Positions 1 through 9,945 of a DNA stretch of 64,000 nucleotides are shown here, piece after piece (positions within the stretch are counted from its first letter, which is position 1; every line of letters starts with the position of its first letter). Origin of the DNA: an uncultured Bacteriovoracaceae bacterium (lineage in GTDB: Bacteria; Bdellovibrionota; UBA2428); assembly GCA_964609695.1 (NCBI GenBank), contig CAZSSP010000003.1:112224-176223 (forward strand), given 5' to 3'. The notes under the pieces are model-generated. The model saw only the letters and a program-made list of their open reading frames with translations. It did not search any database and was not told the origin of the DNA. The position numbers were made by a program, and so were the translations under genes.

Positions 1-360
1 ATGGACAACGCTTATTGTGTAGATATTAGTCTTGCTGAAAAAACTGATAAATTCACTCAAGACTTTATGAATAAGTATAAGGCTAAGTTTGGGCGAGCTC
101 CTGTGGACATTTCCGCTATTACTTACGACTTAGCGTTGAGCTTGAAGCAGCTTTTTGAGGAGTCAAAAAACCTACGCTCTAGAGATGAAACTCGTTCATC
201 ACTCGAATCATTGGGCGAAATTAAGGGTGTTGTTGGAAAACATCGTTGGGACGCAGAGCGAGATCCTATGGGAACTCTACAGCTTTTTCAGTCTAGACGA
301 GGGAGCTTCCAATATATTGGCGATATTTCACTCTTAGATTTCGACGCCTCTCATCAATAA
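1..360 (+). CDS. C-terminal fragment of a periplasmic substrate-binding protein (type I PBP, Leu/Ile/Val-binding-like ABC transporter component); 5' end lies outside the window
   Basis: ORF runs from the window edge. Sequence ...YKAKFGRAPVDISAITYDLALSLKQLF...GVVGKHRWDAERD...LQLF resembles the C-terminal lobe of branched-chain amino-acid binding proteins. Confidence 0.5.
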   Translation: MDNAYCVDISLAEKTDKFTQDFMNKYKAKFGRAPVDISAITYDLALSLKQLFEESKNLRSRDETRSSLESLGEIKGVVGKHRWDAERDPMGTLQLFQSRRGSFQYIGDISLLDFDASHQ

Positions 361-449
361 ACTCTCTTAAAATATTAAAGCCATTTAGCCATATTCCGAT
401 GAGTTCATAGAGGGGAATATTATGTTCCCCAAAAAAGGAAGGAAGGCTC

Positions 450-2888
450 ATGGCCCCTAAAAACGACACGGACGATATTGTGATACCAGAATCGCTTCCC
501 ATGCTCCCAGTGAGAGATGTGGTGGTGTTTCCTTTTATGATACTCCCACTATTTGTTGGAAGAGACGCTTCGATTAAAGCTGTCTACGAATCTTTGAGTC
601 GAGATCGATTAATCTTCTTATCCACTCAAAAGAAAATTGGAGACGACAATCCTTCTTCAGAAGATATTTTTACCACTGGAACTGTGGCAATGATCATGAG
701 GATGAGAAAGCTTCCTGATGGGCGCATTAAAATTCTTGCTCAAGGAATCGCAAAAGCGAAAATTAAAAACTTTCAGCAAACTCAACCTTACTATCAAGTG
801 AACATTGAAAGAATCAGAGATGAAGCTACTGCAACGGGTGGTGAAGAAGAACAACTTCTTAAAGCAGTCCGTGAACAGCTAGAGCAAGTTATTAATCTTG
901 GAAAAATGCTCTCACCGGACATTCTCTTGGTGGTTGAAGAAATTTCAGACGCCGGAAGACTGGCTGATCTCATCACCAGTAATTTGGGATTGAAAGTGAG
1001 CGAAGCTCAAGACATTCTTGAGACGGCTGATCCTGTAGCACGTTTAAAGAAAGTAAAAGAATTCTTAGCTAAAGAACTCGATATTCTTAGTGTTCAAAGT
1101 AAAATTAAGAATCAAGTACGTGATGAACTCAGTAAAAATCAAAGAGAGCATTTTTTACGTGAGCAAATGAAGGCCATTAAATCTGAGCTTGGAGAAAATG
1201 ATCCTCGCAACGATGAAATGGCTGAAATGCGCATGAAGATTGAGAATGCCTTTTTGAGTGATGAAGCTAAAACTGAAGCTTATAAACAAATGGGTCGTTT
1301 GGAACGTATGCATCCAGATTCGTCTGAAGCTTCAATTATTAGATCTTACCTTGATTGGATTTGTGACCTTCCATGGACAAAGAGTTCAGAAGATCATCTC
1401 AATCTTGTTGAAGTGAAAAAAGTACTTGATGAAGATCATTACGACTTGGAAAAAATTAAAACAAGAATTCTTGAATTCTTGGCCGTTCGTAAACTTAAGA
1501 AAGATAATAAGGGTCCAATTATTTGTTTAAGTGGCCCTCCTGGTGTGGGTAAAACTTCATTAGGAAAGTCGATTGCACGTTCGATGGGCAGAGAGTTTGT
1601 AAGAATAAGTTTAGGTGGTGTTCATGACGAAGCTGAAATTCGTGGTCACCGAAGAACTTACGTTGGTGCGATGCCTGGTCGAGTGATTCAAGCTATTAAG
1701 CAAGCCGCTACAAATAACCCTGTTATTATGCTCGATGAAATCGATAAATTGGGTAGAGACTATAAGGGCGATCCTTCAAGTGCATTACTCGAAGTATTAG
1801 ATCCTGAGCAAAATAACGCTTTTAGAGATCACTATTTGAATATCAATTTTGATTTGTCGAAAGTTCTTTTTATCTCTACAGCTAACTCTTTGGATACAAT
1901 TCCGGCTCCATTGCGCGATCGAATGGAAGTGATTGAATTGTCTGGTTACACTGAAGAAGATAAAATGCGAATTGCTCGTCAATATCTAATAAGAAAGCAA
2001 GTTAAAGAAAACGGGATCACTAGAGATGCTGTAGTCTTTACAGATGATTCTTTGAAAAAAATTATCAAAGAGTACACAAGAGAAGCAGGTCTAAGAAATT
2101 TTGAAAGATTATTAGGATCTTGCGCTCGAAAAGTGGCACATGACGTAGCGACTTGGGACGGTAAAGCTGCTTTCCCTTGTGTCACAATAGATGAAAGCAA
2201 AGTAGAAGAGTTTTTAGGACCACCTAGATTCTTGCCCACAGATCTTCGTGAAAGAAACGAAGTGGGAGTTTGTACAGGTTTAGCTTGGACTTCTCTGGGT
2301 GGAGATGTTCTTGAAGTTGAAGTCACTTCAATGAAGGGTGATTCAAGAGTACAATTCACAGGATCCTTAGGAGATGTGATGAAAGAATCTTGCCAAGCGG
2401 CAACATCCTGGATTCGCGCCAATGGAAAAGATCTCAATATAGATCCTGAGTGGTTTTCTAAAAACGAACTCCACATTCACTTTCCTTCTGGAGCGGTTCC
2501 AAAAGATGGACCGAGTGCGGGCATTACAATCACAACGGCTATTGTTAGCTTGCTAACAGGAATACCCGTGAGAAGAGATGTGGCTATGACTGGTGAAATT
2601 TCCTTACGAGGAAAAGTATTACCTATAGGTGGATTGAAAGAGAAATCACTTGCGGCTCACCGACATGGTTGCACCACTGTAGTGATTCCAGAACGAAACG
2701 TTAAGGATCTCGTTGATGTTCCTGAAGAAGTGAAAGCCAACGTGGAATTCAAATCAGTTTCTGATGTTCGCGAAGTTTTAGAGCTAGCTTTAGAGCGCTC
2801 TCCCTTCAAGAAACGTCAAAGCGTAAAAGCAAAAGCTTCTCCAAGCGGTAGCGGCGATAAGAATAGACAAGTCGCCGACGCCGCTTAA
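450..2888 (+). CDS. lon: ATP-dependent Lon protease
   Basis: 812 aa. Lon N-terminal domain (LPMLPVRDVVVFPFMILPLFVGR), Walker A GPPGVGKTS, proteolytic serine motif PKDGPSAGIT. AGGA-like RBS upstream. Confidence 0.95.
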   Translation: MAPKNDTDDIVIPESLPMLPVRDVVVFPFMILPLFVGRDASIKAVYESLSRDRLIFLSTQKKIGDDNPSSEDIFTTGTVAMIMRMRKLPDGRIKILAQGIAKAKIKNFQQTQPYYQVNIERIRDEATATGGEEEQLLKAVREQLEQVINLGKMLSPDILLVVEEISDAGRLADLITSNLGLKVSEAQDILETADPVARLKKVKEFLAKELDILSVQSKIKNQVRDELSKNQREHFLREQMKAIKSELGENDPRNDEMAEMRMKIENAFLSDEAKTEAYKQMGRLERMHPDSSEASIIRSYLDWICDLPWTKSSEDHLNLVEVKKVLDEDHYDLEKIKTRILEFLAVRKLKKDNKGPIICLSGPPGVGKTSLGKSIARSMGREFVRISLGGVHDEAEIRGHRRTYVGAMPGRVIQAIKQAATNNPVIMLDEIDKLGRDYKGDPSSALLEVLDPEQNNAFRDHYLNINFDLSKVLFISTANSLDTIPAPLRDRMEVIELSGYTEEDKMRIARQYLIRKQVKENGITRDAVVFTDDSLKKIIKEYTREAGLRNFERLLGSCARKVAHDVATWDGKAAFPCVTIDESKVEEFLGPPRFLPTDLRERNEVGVCTGLAWTSLGGDVLEVEVTSMKGDSRVQFTGSLGDVMKESCQAATSWIRANGKDLNIDPEWFSKNELHIHFPSGAVPKDGPSAGITITTAIVSLLTGIPVRRDVAMTGEISLRGKVLPIGGLKEKSLAAHRHGCTTVVIPERNVKDLVDVPEEVKANVEFKSVSDVREVLELALERSPFKKRQSVKAKASPSGSGDKNRQVADAA

Positions 2889-2894
2889 GCAGAC

Positions 2895-3875
2895 TTAGCT
2901 TTTATTGGAACGAAGAGATCTTAGCAGAAGAGTGACGTAGAAGAATAAGCTACGGTCAATTCCCTGCATTTGAAGACCTAAGTTTCGGATTTTAAAAAAA
3001 GAGTTTAGACTTTTATCGTCTAGAGTTTTTATAAAAGTGTTTAAATAAACAATTTTTGGGTTTTTATTATCAATAGTTCTAAGCTGAAGTCTTTGGCTTA
3101 ATTCTTTGGCTTGAGAGATTCTTTGTTCTATGAGCTCAAAACATTTTTGAGGTTTATTAAAAAAATCTAATATTCTATTTTTTTTACCAGCGCCTGATGC
3201 GTTGCCTGAATGAACTCGATACAAAGTCAGGGCTTCATCAATAAAAACAATTTTTCCTAGAGTGCAAGCTATTAAGGCGCACCACCAGTCGTGCATGAGG
3301 GCGTGGGTAGGTATTGGGCTAGCAATTTTTGCCAAACTTTTATTGATGGCGCTACTGCATCCAACTACAAAATTTTGAACGAGAAGATGTGAAATTTTTT
3401 CTTGAGAAAACTCAGGGTCAAAATTCATTTGGTTATGATAGGAGATGTTTAGTGTATGGCCCTTATCATCTATTGTTTTGAGCTGACTATGCAGCAAAAT
3501 AGGTGTTTCTCTACCAAGGGCGAATTCATATTCATTTAAAGTTTTTGAAAGTGTTTCAAGTTTATGAGTTAACCAAATGTCGTCTTGGTCGCAAAAAAAC
3601 ACATGCTCTTGTGGATAACTTAGGGATATTTCTAAAAGTTTTGAAAAACTTTGAGTGGGGCCCAGATTGCCTAAGGTGTCTTGGACGAGAATTAATCTTG
3701 AATCATTTTTAGAAAAATTTTTTAAAATATCTACGGTTTTGTCGTTAGATCCGTCGTCTCTGACTAAAAGAGTCCAAGTATTAAGACTTTGCTTTTTGAG
3801 GCTTTCAAGCAATTCGTTAATCCATTTTTCCCCATTATAGGTGCTGAGTAAAATAAGGGGGGAGGAAGTTTTCAT
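2895..3875 (-). CDS. Family 2 glycosyltransferase
   Basis: Internal Met MKTSSPLILLSTYNGEKW...RDDGSNDKT is the typical GT2 N-terminus. Start codon overlaps the stop of the upstream gene (TAATG), so the longer ORF-track start is probably not used. Confidence 0.7.
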   Translation of the reverse strand: MKTSSPLILLSTYNGEKWINELLESLKKQSLNTWTLLVRDDGSNDKTVDILKNFSKNDSRLILVQDTLGNLGPTQSFSKLLEISLSYPQEHVFFCDQDDIWLTHKLETLSKTLNEYEFALGRETPILLHSQLKTIDDKGHTLNISYHNQMNFDPEFSQEKISHLLVQNFVVGCSSAINKSLAKIASPIPTHALMHDWWCALIACTLGKIVFIDEALTLYRVHSGNASGAGKKNRILDFFNKPQKCFELIEQRISQAKELSQRLQLRTIDNKNPKIVYLNTFIKTLDDKSLNSFFKIRNLGLQMQGIDRSLFFYVTLLLRSLRSNKS

Positions 3876-4735
3876 TAAATGAATCTCCTCAGGCAAAATC
3901 GAAAAATGATTCCTAAGGCCACAAAGGGAGCGCAAATGTATTTTTTAGGTCCCGCCCATTTTAGATAAAATTTCCACATTCCCTGATGATGATATATGTC
4001 GGGCCAAAGACTGTGTCCTTCGGAAGATCCTTTGATAGTGTGAACGACGTCAATTTTAGGAAAATACATTACAGGAATATTGAGTTGTTGTGCTTTGCGA
4101 CCTAAATCGACGTCTTCAACATAGAGAAAGTAGTTTTCATCAAATCCATTAAGAGTTTTCCATAATGAGGCCGTACAAAAAAGTGCACAGCCGCTGACCC
4201 AATCAACCTGTTGAATTTTATTTGGGTCGATGTCAGATTTTAAAAATTTTCGACTCCAAGGGTTTTGGGGCCAAAGTCTGCTTAGATAACCTTCTCTTCC
4301 AAATAGTGCAGTTAAGCTCCCTGGGAAATTGCGGGCGCTTGCTTGCCGAGAATTTTTAGTGGCGTCATTGAAGACTCTTAATCCAATTAGCGCATTTAAG
4401 CTTAGCATCTCATCGAATATTTTCTGCGTGATTGGGCTAGCGAGAAAACCGTCGGGATTTAAGAAAAGAAAAGCACTCGGGTTTAGAGTGCTTTTTAGCT
4501 GAGCCGCTTTATTGGCGGCTTTCGAAAAACCAAGATTTCCTTCTTGGCCCTTAAGTATAATTTTATGGCGGAATCGAGGATGATTTTTTAAATATTCTTC
4601 AACATATTTTGAGTCATTAGCGTTATCCCAGAGAACGATTTCTGAAGGAAAATCTATATAGCGCTCTAGCGAATCTAAAAAATCAATAAGAGTGTCTCTG
4701 TTGTTATAGAGAACAGAGACAATTCTAAGACTCAT
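3875..4735 (-). CDS. Family 2 glycosyltransferase (rhamnosyltransferase-like)
   Basis: MSLRIVSVLYNNRDTLIDFLDSLE...IVLWDNANDS GT2 signature. ATGA overlap with the upstream UXS-like gene. Confidence 0.65.
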   Translation of the reverse strand: MSLRIVSVLYNNRDTLIDFLDSLERYIDFPSEIVLWDNANDSKYVEEYLKNHPRFRHKIILKGQEGNLGFSKAANKAAQLKSTLNPSAFLFLNPDGFLASPITQKIFDEMLSLNALIGLRVFNDATKNSRQASARNFPGSLTALFGREGYLSRLWPQNPWSRKFLKSDIDPNKIQQVDWVSGCALFCTASLWKTLNGFDENYFLYVEDVDLGRKAQQLNIPVMYFPKIDVVHTIKGSSEGHSLWPDIYHHQGMWKFYLKWAGPKKYICAPFVALGIIFRFCLRRFI

Positions 4736-5703
4736 GTGATTCCGATGTCGTCTCTCAGCCAAGCAATCATTTTCTCAAGGCCTTCTCGAAGGCTGACTTT
4801 GGGTCTCCATCCTAAAAGACGTTCAGCTTTTTGAAGATCGGGTCTTCTTTGAAGCGGATCGTCTTGGGGTAAGTCAGAGTGAACAACTTCGATAGTATCG
4901 GCTGGAAACATGTCCTTTAGAGTTTCAACGACATCGATAATTTTCATTTCAAAGTCATTGCCAATGTTCACAGGTTCACAAATTTCAGTAAAGGCGTAGG
5001 ACAGGACCCCTTCAATAAGGTCATCGATATAACAAAAGCTTCGAGTTTGATGACCATTACCGTAAACGGTCAATGGAGTTTTTCTAAGAAATTGAACCAA
5101 GAAATTGATAATCACACGGCCATCGTCGGGATTCATTCTAGGGCCATAAGTGTTAAAGATTCTTACGAGACCATGTTTAGTTCCGTATTGTTGGTTGAAA
5201 GACCAAATAATACTTTCTCCCAGTCTTTTGGCTTCGTCATAACAAGAGCGCGGCCCGTAGCTATTGGTGTTACCCCAGTAACTTTCTGGTTGTGGGCTGA
5301 TAGACGGATTTCCATAAATTTCACTTGTTGAAGCAAAAATAAGTCGAGCATTGTGTTGGTGGGAAAAGGTGAGCGCGTTGTAAAGCCCCGTGGTGTTGGC
5401 CCAAATAGTTTCAAAAGGATTTTTTTGATAGAGCGGGGGAGACGCGGGTGAGGCAAAGTGAAAACAGTGAGTTAGGGCTTTGTTTAACTTTATTTCAGGC
5501 CATGGAGTGGATACATCATGTTCTATAAAGTTAAAGTTATCGTTGGCTTCAGGAAGGCTTTTTAAAAAGTCTACGTTTTGTCTGCCACCCGTGATGAAAT
5601 TGTCGATTCCAATGACTTGATGCCCTTCACTGAGAAGTTTTTCACAAAGGTGACTGCCTAAAAATCCAGCAGCTCCTGTTATGAGTACGCTTCCTTGCTT
5701 CAT
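4732..5703 (-). CDS. NAD-dependent epimerase/dehydratase, UDP-glucuronate decarboxylase (UDP-xylose synthase)-like
   Basis: MKQGSVLITGAAGFLGSHLCEKLL Rossmann GxxGxxG motif. YGPRMNPDDGRVIINF motif typical of UXS/ArnA-C decarboxylases. Confidence 0.7.
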   Translation of the reverse strand: MKQGSVLITGAAGFLGSHLCEKLLSEGHQVIGIDNFITGGRQNVDFLKSLPEANDNFNFIEHDVSTPWPEIKLNKALTHCFHFASPASPPLYQKNPFETIWANTTGLYNALTFSHQHNARLIFASTSEIYGNPSISPQPESYWGNTNSYGPRSCYDEAKRLGESIIWSFNQQYGTKHGLVRIFNTYGPRMNPDDGRVIINFLVQFLRKTPLTVYGNGHQTRSFCYIDDLIEGVLSYAFTEICEPVNIGNDFEMKIIDVVETLKDMFPADTIEVVHSDLPQDDPLQRRPDLQKAERLLGWRPKVSLREGLEKMIAWLRDDIGIT

Positions 5704-5747
5704 GATTAATGAAGGTCTAGCATATTGAGGCAAAGCAGGAATTTCAA

Positions 5748-6764
5748 ATGAATAAAAAGTGGAAAGAACGTTTTATTGCTCTGGCTAAATGGACCTTTGC
5801 TATAGGGATTTTAACGCTACTCTTGAAAAGCGGTAAAATTTCTCTAAACGACCTGGGTGTTTTTTTGAAGCAGCCCTCTAGAGCCCTTCTGTGCGTTTTA
5901 ATTATATTTGGAAATTATCTCATTAGCTTTTATCGATGGCGAACCATGGTTGGGGGGCTTTCATTAAAGCTAAAATATACGGCAGCTGTTCGGCTAGGTA
6001 TGTTAGGGCAGTTTTTTTCATCAGTTATTCCTGGAACCGTAGGGGGTGATTTGGTGAAGGCTGTTTATGTAGCCAAACGTTTTCCTGAAAAGAAAGTGGC
6101 TGCTGTTTCAACGATATTTTTAGATCGAGTCGTGGGTCTTCTGGGAATGGTCTTGTTGTCAGGAACCGCATACTTTTTTGGTCGACATTTGGTGGCTGCT
6201 GGTAACGGTAATTTAATTCACCTGATTCAAGCTTTGGGCACCACTCTAATGCTTGGAGCGATATCTATATTGGCTTTTTTTCTTGCTTTAACAATTTGGG
6301 GATCTAAGTTTCCAAATCATTTGCCAAAGAAATATTCTGAAAGCTTTTGGTATAAGAAAGTTGAACCTTTGTATGAAATCATTGTGGCTTATAAAAAGCG
6401 CCCTATGATTTTGTGGCGCGTGCTTTTGTTGTCGGTGTTTATTCACATTGTGAATATGGCGTGTTTTTGGATTATTGCAAATACAATATATGGACCTAGC
6501 CCATGGGGTTCTGTGAGTGTGAGCACTTTTGTGCTTTCGGGAATTTTGGGCCTTATTGCTATGGCCATTCCTGTAGCTCCTATGGGTTTGGGAGTTGGGC
6601 AAGTCGCGTTTTCAGCAATATTTTTAGCTCTTGGGGCACCCAGCGCTGCGTTTGGAACCTCTATAGTTACGGTTCAGCAATTAGTTTCTCTTTGTGTAAA
6701 CTTAAGTGGAGCCGTATTTTTTGCGACTTATAAACAAGAAATACCTCAGCCCTCCTTGGTTTAG
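5748..6764 (+). CDS. Flippase-like polytopic membrane protein (lysyl-PG synthase TM-region / UPF0104-like)
   Basis: 338 aa with multiple hydrophobic helices. N-terminal KxxW...AIGIL pattern. Divergently adjacent to the GT2/UXS genes. Confidence 0.45.
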   Translation: MNKKWKERFIALAKWTFAIGILTLLLKSGKISLNDLGVFLKQPSRALLCVLIIFGNYLISFYRWRTMVGGLSLKLKYTAAVRLGMLGQFFSSVIPGTVGGDLVKAVYVAKRFPEKKVAAVSTIFLDRVVGLLGMVLLSGTAYFFGRHLVAAGNGNLIHLIQALGTTLMLGAISILAFFLALTIWGSKFPNHLPKKYSESFWYKKVEPLYEIIVAYKKRPMILWRVLLLSVFIHIVNMACFWIIANTIYGPSPWGSVSVSTFVLSGILGLIAMAIPVAPMGLGVGQVAFSAIFLALGAPSAAFGTSIVTVQQLVSLCVNLSGAVFFATYKQEIPQPSLV

Positions 6765-6770
6765 TTCTAA

Positions 6771-7460
6771 ATGGAAACAAAGCGTCTTCCCGAAATCGAG
6801 GGAGAGTTCTCAACAAATGCTTTTGTGGTGAGTGCGCTACTTTTTGAAGAAAATCATAAGATAGTTCAAATTTTCACTCGAGATTATGGAAAAATGACTT
6901 GTTTCGCAAGAAATGCAGTTCGTTCCAAAAAGAGATTTGGGACTCAGTTAGATGCCGGAAATACCGTTAAAGCTTTTATTGAGAAATCAAAAACTAAACT
7001 TTGGACTCTTAAAAAAGTTGAACTTCTTGATATGCCTCTAAGGGCAAGATCTCAGCTCAGTAACGTTGATGTTATTTTTTTTCTTTTATCAGCACTAAAA
7101 GATCTCTATCCTGATGAACAAGTTGATGTTCAGGCCTTTGAACTTGTTGAGCGTACTTTAAAATGTATTGAAAATCCGTTAAGCGCCAAGCAATTGTCTT
7201 GGTTAAAGTTAAGCATTGCTCGATGGTTTCAAGGGCATTTAGGCTATGGCGATGATATGGATTTTCTCTTCGACCATTTAAGCTTGAGCGAGGAAGATTT
7301 CGAGTCTTGGAAGTCTTTAATTTTTGAAATGCGTTTTTTGGACAATGAAATATTAAAAGATTTTGACAGCTATTCTAGAATAAGTGGAGAAAGTGTTAGA
7401 GTTTTTTATAATAATTGGAAAGAAGTTACGCGCTTGAGCTGGTCCTATTTCGAGAAATGA
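6771..7460 (+). CDS. recO: DNA repair protein RecO
   Basis: N-terminal OB-fold pattern (GK...ARNAVRSKKRFG...L). FELVERTL...ARWFQGHLGYG matches the RecO helical core. Confidence 0.65.
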   Translation: METKRLPEIEGEFSTNAFVVSALLFEENHKIVQIFTRDYGKMTCFARNAVRSKKRFGTQLDAGNTVKAFIEKSKTKLWTLKKVELLDMPLRARSQLSNVDVIFFLLSALKDLYPDEQVDVQAFELVERTLKCIENPLSAKQLSWLKLSIARWFQGHLGYGDDMDFLFDHLSLSEEDFESWKSLIFEMRFLDNEILKDFDSYSRISGESVRVFYNNWKEVTRLSWSYFEK

Positions 7461-7960
7461 TAGTAAAGGGGAATAAATTGAGAAAAATTAAATTAAGCAT
7501 TTTTATAATGATTATCTTTTTGTGCCGTTATTCATTTGGGCAAAACTATTCTGCAAAAGCGCAGAGTTTATCCAAAAAAGAGTTTCTAGTGTGCAATAAA
7601 AAACTATTATTGGAAATTGCCGATAACGACGAAAGTCGTTCAACTGGATTAATGCATCGGACAGGAATCCCTGTTGGAACAGGTATGCTGTTTGTTTTTC
7701 CCTATGAAATTGAGTTGAGTTTTTGGATGAAGAATGTGCCCTTTGATATAGATATTGGTTTTTTTGATAAAAATGGAAATTTCTTAAATGCTATGACAAT
7801 GGCGGGCACAAGTCCTGTTCAGAAAGCTGAATCTTTAGCACACTATAAAAGCCAGGGAATGGCTTTATATGCCGTAGAGGCGAGCGTAGGTTTTTTTAAA
7901 AAAATTACTAAAGCTTCAAAGTGCAAAATCAGCCATCCACCGGGTCCGTCTAAAAGTTAA
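7457..7960 (+). CDS. DUF192 (COG1430) family secreted protein
   Basis: GLMHRTGIPVGTGMLFVFPYE...FWMKNVPFDIDIGFFDKNG matches the DUF192 consensus. ATGA overlap with recO. Signal-peptide-like N-terminus. Confidence 0.55.
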   Translation: MIVKGNKLRKIKLSIFIMIIFLCRYSFGQNYSAKAQSLSKKEFLVCNKKLLLEIADNDESRSTGLMHRTGIPVGTGMLFVFPYEIELSFWMKNVPFDIDIGFFDKNGNFLNAMTMAGTSPVQKAESLAHYKSQGMALYAVEASVGFFKKITKASKCKISHPPGPSKS

Positions 7961-8471
7961 TAGGGACTGGAGCGTGGGTTTCGGTATTTGTTGGGTCATT
8001 AGATTTTGTGGGTAGCCGATTCTCTGCGGGACGATTGTTTTGAGCCTTGTTTTTTTGAATGGCCAGAATGGCTCCAGTCGTAATGGCTATCGCCGCTGTG
8101 CTGAGTATCCAAGGGATCCAGGAACTTTTTCTTTTTTTGGGCACGTTTGTTGTTGTCATGCTGACATTGCTTCTCACATAATTTTCAAGGGTGAGTCGTC
8201 TACCATCTAAAAGCTCAGTCAGTGAAACTTGCATTCGGCCACTCCAGACTGAGTTGTCTCCGGTGATAATGATATTTTGTGAATCATAGTAATATTGAAT
8301 CTTGTTTGGACATTCGTTATTTTCAAATTCAACCTTATAGTCGGGAAGAACTCTGTACATTTGATTGAGAATTCTGGCTTCACTGAGTTTACGTATGTGT
8401 TCCGGAACGTGGGCTATCTCGCTGCCTTGAAATGATATTAGGCTCAGGCAGAGAAGTTGTGGAAGAGACAT
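7950..8471 (-). CDS. Hypothetical protein with signal peptide and C-terminal TM segment
   Basis: ORF with hydrophobic N-terminus and a C-terminal hydrophobic stretch (WIPWILSTAAIAITTGAILAI). No recognisable motif. Confidence 0.35.
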   Translation of the reverse strand: MSLPQLLCLSLISFQGSEIAHVPEHIRKLSEARILNQMYRVLPDYKVEFENNECPNKIQYYYDSQNIIITGDNSVWSGRMQVSLTELLDGRRLTLENYVRSNVSMTTTNVPKKRKSSWIPWILSTAAIAITTGAILAIQKNKAQNNRPAENRLPTKSNDPTNTETHAPVPINF

Positions 8472-8984
8472 TTATTTTTCTCCTTTATAAAATATTTGAA
8501 TTTTTGAAGCTGCTTTTGAAGAATTTTGATTCAAAGTTAAATCAGTCCAAAATAAAGGTTTAAAGGGTGGTATGTCTTTTTTGGCTATAAGACTTCCTTT
8601 TATGGCGTTAGATTGCGAAGCTTTAAATAGTTGTAATTTTTGCGTTTTGCTTAAATCTCTACTTGGAATTCCTAGAGTTTGGAGGATATCTTCTGGAATT
8701 CTCCTGCCTTTGGCTATTGCGAGTGGAGAAACAATCACTTCTATAAAATTGTTTGAGGGAAGATTGTTTATTCTTTCAGTTTTATTCTTAAAGCTTATCG
8801 AAAATAAAATTATTAGTAAGAAAAATGGGATCCCGATTTTTAATAAAAGTGGATTTTCAAGAATTTTTTTTATTTTAGAGTTTTCAGTTTCTATGGTTTC
8901 TAGGGGGCTTTCGCTTCTGTCGATCTTGGGAAGTGTCCAGTTAAAAGAGTTTAAATCATGTATTTCATTTTGCGCTTTTGACAT
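8472..8984 (-). CDS. Hypothetical membrane-anchored protein (possibly SAF/CpaB-like pilus assembly accessory)
   Basis: Single N-terminal TM (IGIPFFLLIILFSISF). FIEVIVSPLAIAKGRRIPEDIL loosely resembles a SAF-domain motif. Lies downstream of the pilin genes. Confidence 0.3.
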   Translation of the reverse strand: MSKAQNEIHDLNSFNWTLPKIDRSESPLETIETENSKIKKILENPLLLKIGIPFFLLIILFSISFKNKTERINNLPSNNFIEVIVSPLAIAKGRRIPEDILQTLGIPSRDLSKTQKLQLFKASQSNAIKGSLIAKKDIPPFKPLFWTDLTLNQNSSKAASKIQIFYKGEK

Positions 8985-9083
8985 AAAAAACTTTATCCTC
9001 TGTGTTTAAAGTTGAAATTTTCCATAAATTTAGCAGCCCCAGTAAAATGCTCATGACTAAAGTGGCTTTTAAAAATTCAAAAA

Positions 9084-9608
9084 TCATAACGCTTGAACGT
9101 CCTCATTGGCGTAAACCCATTGCACGTTTTGGGCCAAAATATTAAAGCCAGCAAAGTTTTCTCGATAACTCATTAAATTGTTTTTTTCTGTTTGGATAAA
9201 TTCGAGCACTTCAGGCAGTTCGCAGGGATTTGTAGTTATTTTTCGCAAAGATCGAGCCATAGTGAGTTTTGGGCTCTCTGATAATCGTTGGAGCTTAAGT
9301 TTTTCTTTTCTTATTGTTAGATCCATAAGAAGTTTATTTTGATAAAGAACTATTATTTTACTGGAGGCCTGAGCGGCCTTTAATCCTGATTTTGTGGGCT
9401 CAAGGAGTAGCGCTGGACAAGATTTAATTAAGTTTCTTAAGTTTTGGTTTGATTTTACAATTTTTAAATAAATCTCTTGAAATTTCTTAGCTTCAAATGC
9501 ACAGAGTTCGTCTTTTGATTTTAATTTTAATATTTTTTCTTGCCAAAGCATCGATTGATTTATCGAGAATAATAAAAAAGTAGAAAGGCTTAACAAAAGA
9601 TACCACAT
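9084..9608 (-). CDS. Hypothetical membrane protein
   Basis: Probable start at MWYLLLSLSTFLLF (internal Met), which avoids overlap with the upstream gene. Confidence 0.3.
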   Translation of the reverse strand: MWYLLLSLSTFLLFSINQSMLWQEKILKLKSKDELCAFEAKKFQEIYLKIVKSNQNLRNLIKSCPALLLEPTKSGLKAAQASSKIIVLYQNKLLMDLTIRKEKLKLQRLSESPKLTMARSLRKITTNPCELPEVLEFIQTEKNNLMSYRENFAGFNILAQNVQWVYANEDVQAL

Positions 9609-9612
9609 AATA

Positions 9613-9945
9613 TTATTTAAGTGTGTAGACTTTTTCCCAGAGGGATTCTTTTTTGAAATTTTTTTCAATTTTGAACTTTATGTTTAAAGAATTTGGGTTT
9701 GAGCAAAAATAATCAACCTTAAAGTAAGTGTTCTTGGGCCATAGTTGAGAGGGCTTGCATATTTTTATTGCATTATTGTATCGATGGGCTCTTAGAAGAT
9801 AATAACTGTCGAGTATTAAGTAATTTTTACTTAGTAAAATAAAATATGAAAATACAAAACCTAACAAGACTGGAATGAAGCAAAAAACTATTAAGCTAAA
9901 TTCTAAAAAGATTTGACCTTCAAGGGACTTTTTATTTTTCAGCAT
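9613..9945 (-). CDS. Flp/TadE-like minor pilin (prepilin-type)
   Basis: SLEG/QIFLEF: Gly followed by Glu at +5 and a hydrophobic helix, the same processing motif as the adjacent Flp pilin. Overlaps the pilin gene end. Confidence 0.4.
   Translation of the reverse strand: MLKNKKSLEGQIFLEFSLIVFCFIPVLLGFVFSYFILLSKNYLILDSYYLLRAHRYNNAIKICKPSQLWPKNTYFKVDYFCSNPNSLNIKFKIEKNFKKESLWEKVYTLK

Noticed and set aside
657-2476. Antisense ORFs inside lon (657-854, 794-976, 1797-1982, 1979-2476, minus strand)
   Set aside because: Entirely embedded in a confidently assigned, highly conserved gene on the opposite strand. No RBS or motif. Typical spurious six-frame ORFs.
5047-6733. Internal or antisense ORFs within the UXS-like gene and the flippase-like gene
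   Set aside because: Shorter and embedded. The sense genes carry clear motifs.
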